IMG/VR virus record: IMGVR_UViG_3300022539_000610
Span: 1 to 64,000 of that record
DNA: 64,000 bases
DNA from: a virus
Strand: one strand, 5' to 3'
Numbering within the stretch: the first letter of the stretch is position 1; every line of letters begins with the position of its first letter. Below are positions 63,498 to 64,000 of the stretch, piece by piece. The position numbers were made by a program, and so were the translations under genes. The notes below the pieces were generated by a model. The model did not search any database and had not been told where the DNA came from. It saw only the letters and a list, made by a program, of their open reading frames with translations.

Positions 63498-64000
63498 TCA
63501 TATCGACACTTTGGCAATCTTCCTTACCAGACCAACCTTCGGGTATTGACGTACAATATTAATTGCCTTCTGTCGTTTTAAATGAGTATGGAAAATCTTT
63601 ATCAATGGTAATATCCTGCTCAACTCTTCCGGACAGGCGTGGAAGTCTAATAATAGGTCAACCCGAAAATTCCAATAATAGGACAATGGGTAAATCCCTA
63701 CATCATCAAACTTACTTAGAAGTCGTGAAAAAACAAAACGAGTAGGACCTTGAGAATCTTTTGAGCAAACTGTCTTATACCACCGGGAGAATAATTTTAA
63801 CGTTTTCTCAGTTTTTCTAACAAACATCACACCGTTTTGAAAATGAGAAATAACATTTCCTTTAATTTCTATTTCCTGTCGTGGGGCAAAAGACAGAGCT
63901 ATCTGACGTTGGCCCCTTATAAAATCAAACCCTCTAAGTACATTCCCAACCGGCAAGGTGTCATTGTCGAGTATCAAAGTATGTTCATAAGGTGAGTAAG
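63498..64000 (-). CDS. GT-A (GT8-like) transferase, 5' end outside the window
   Basis: SPYEHTLILDNDT, NGVMF, L...WN.R, IFH. Confidence 0.7.
   Translation of the reverse strand, partial: YSPYEHTLILDNDTLPVGNVLRGFDFIRGQRQIALSFAPRQEIEIKGNVISHFQNGVMFVRKTEKTLKLFSRWYKTVCSKDSQGPTRFVFSRLLSKFDDVGIYPLSYYWNFRVDLLLDFHACPEELSRILPLIKIFHTHLKRQKAINIVRQYPKVGLVRKIAKVSI

Noticed and set aside
1411-63745. Plus-strand ORFs in the track
   Set aside because: They are short antisense shadows of minus-strand genes or lack an RBS and recognisable motifs.

Overview
This 64-kb window looks like part of a large, AT-rich phage (or phage-like) genome. Essentially every credible gene is on the minus strand, tightly packed, with strong GGAGG-type ribosome-binding sites (RBSs). 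No capsid, terminase or integrase gene is recognisable here. In transcription order (right to left) it holds: (i) a ~22-kb glycan synthesis and decoration island (~42-64 kb) with glycosyltransferases, WbpB/DegT/acyltransferase/WbqC/PIG-L amino-sugar enzymes, methyltransferases, three sulfotransferases plus APS kinase, LicD + cytidylyltransferase + MFS transporter, and a B12 radical SAM enzyme; (ii) tRNA-Tyr and an intact IscB/omegaRNA element inserted into the first codons of a sulfotransferase gene and followed by a largely synonymously recoded copy of that gene's 5' end (best finding); (iii) a PAPS-reductase-family gene and a MamK-like actin; (iv) a sigma70-driven, early-type module (~32.4-36.8 kb) of small genes separated by a conserved RNA hairpin repeat and containing two ~280-310-nt structured non-coding blocks; (v) replication genes: Hel308-like and UvsW-like helicases, primase, an HTH initiator with internal iteron-like repeats, and DnaB; (vi) a complete preQ0 (7-deazaguanine) pathway folE/queD/queE/queC with an atypical Dam-like protein. 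Also present are a 6S-like RNA, a tRNA/tmRNA-like RNA, an attenuator-like leader and a dispersed ~65-bp DNA repeat. All family calls come from motifs recognised by eye; no searches or folding programs were run.
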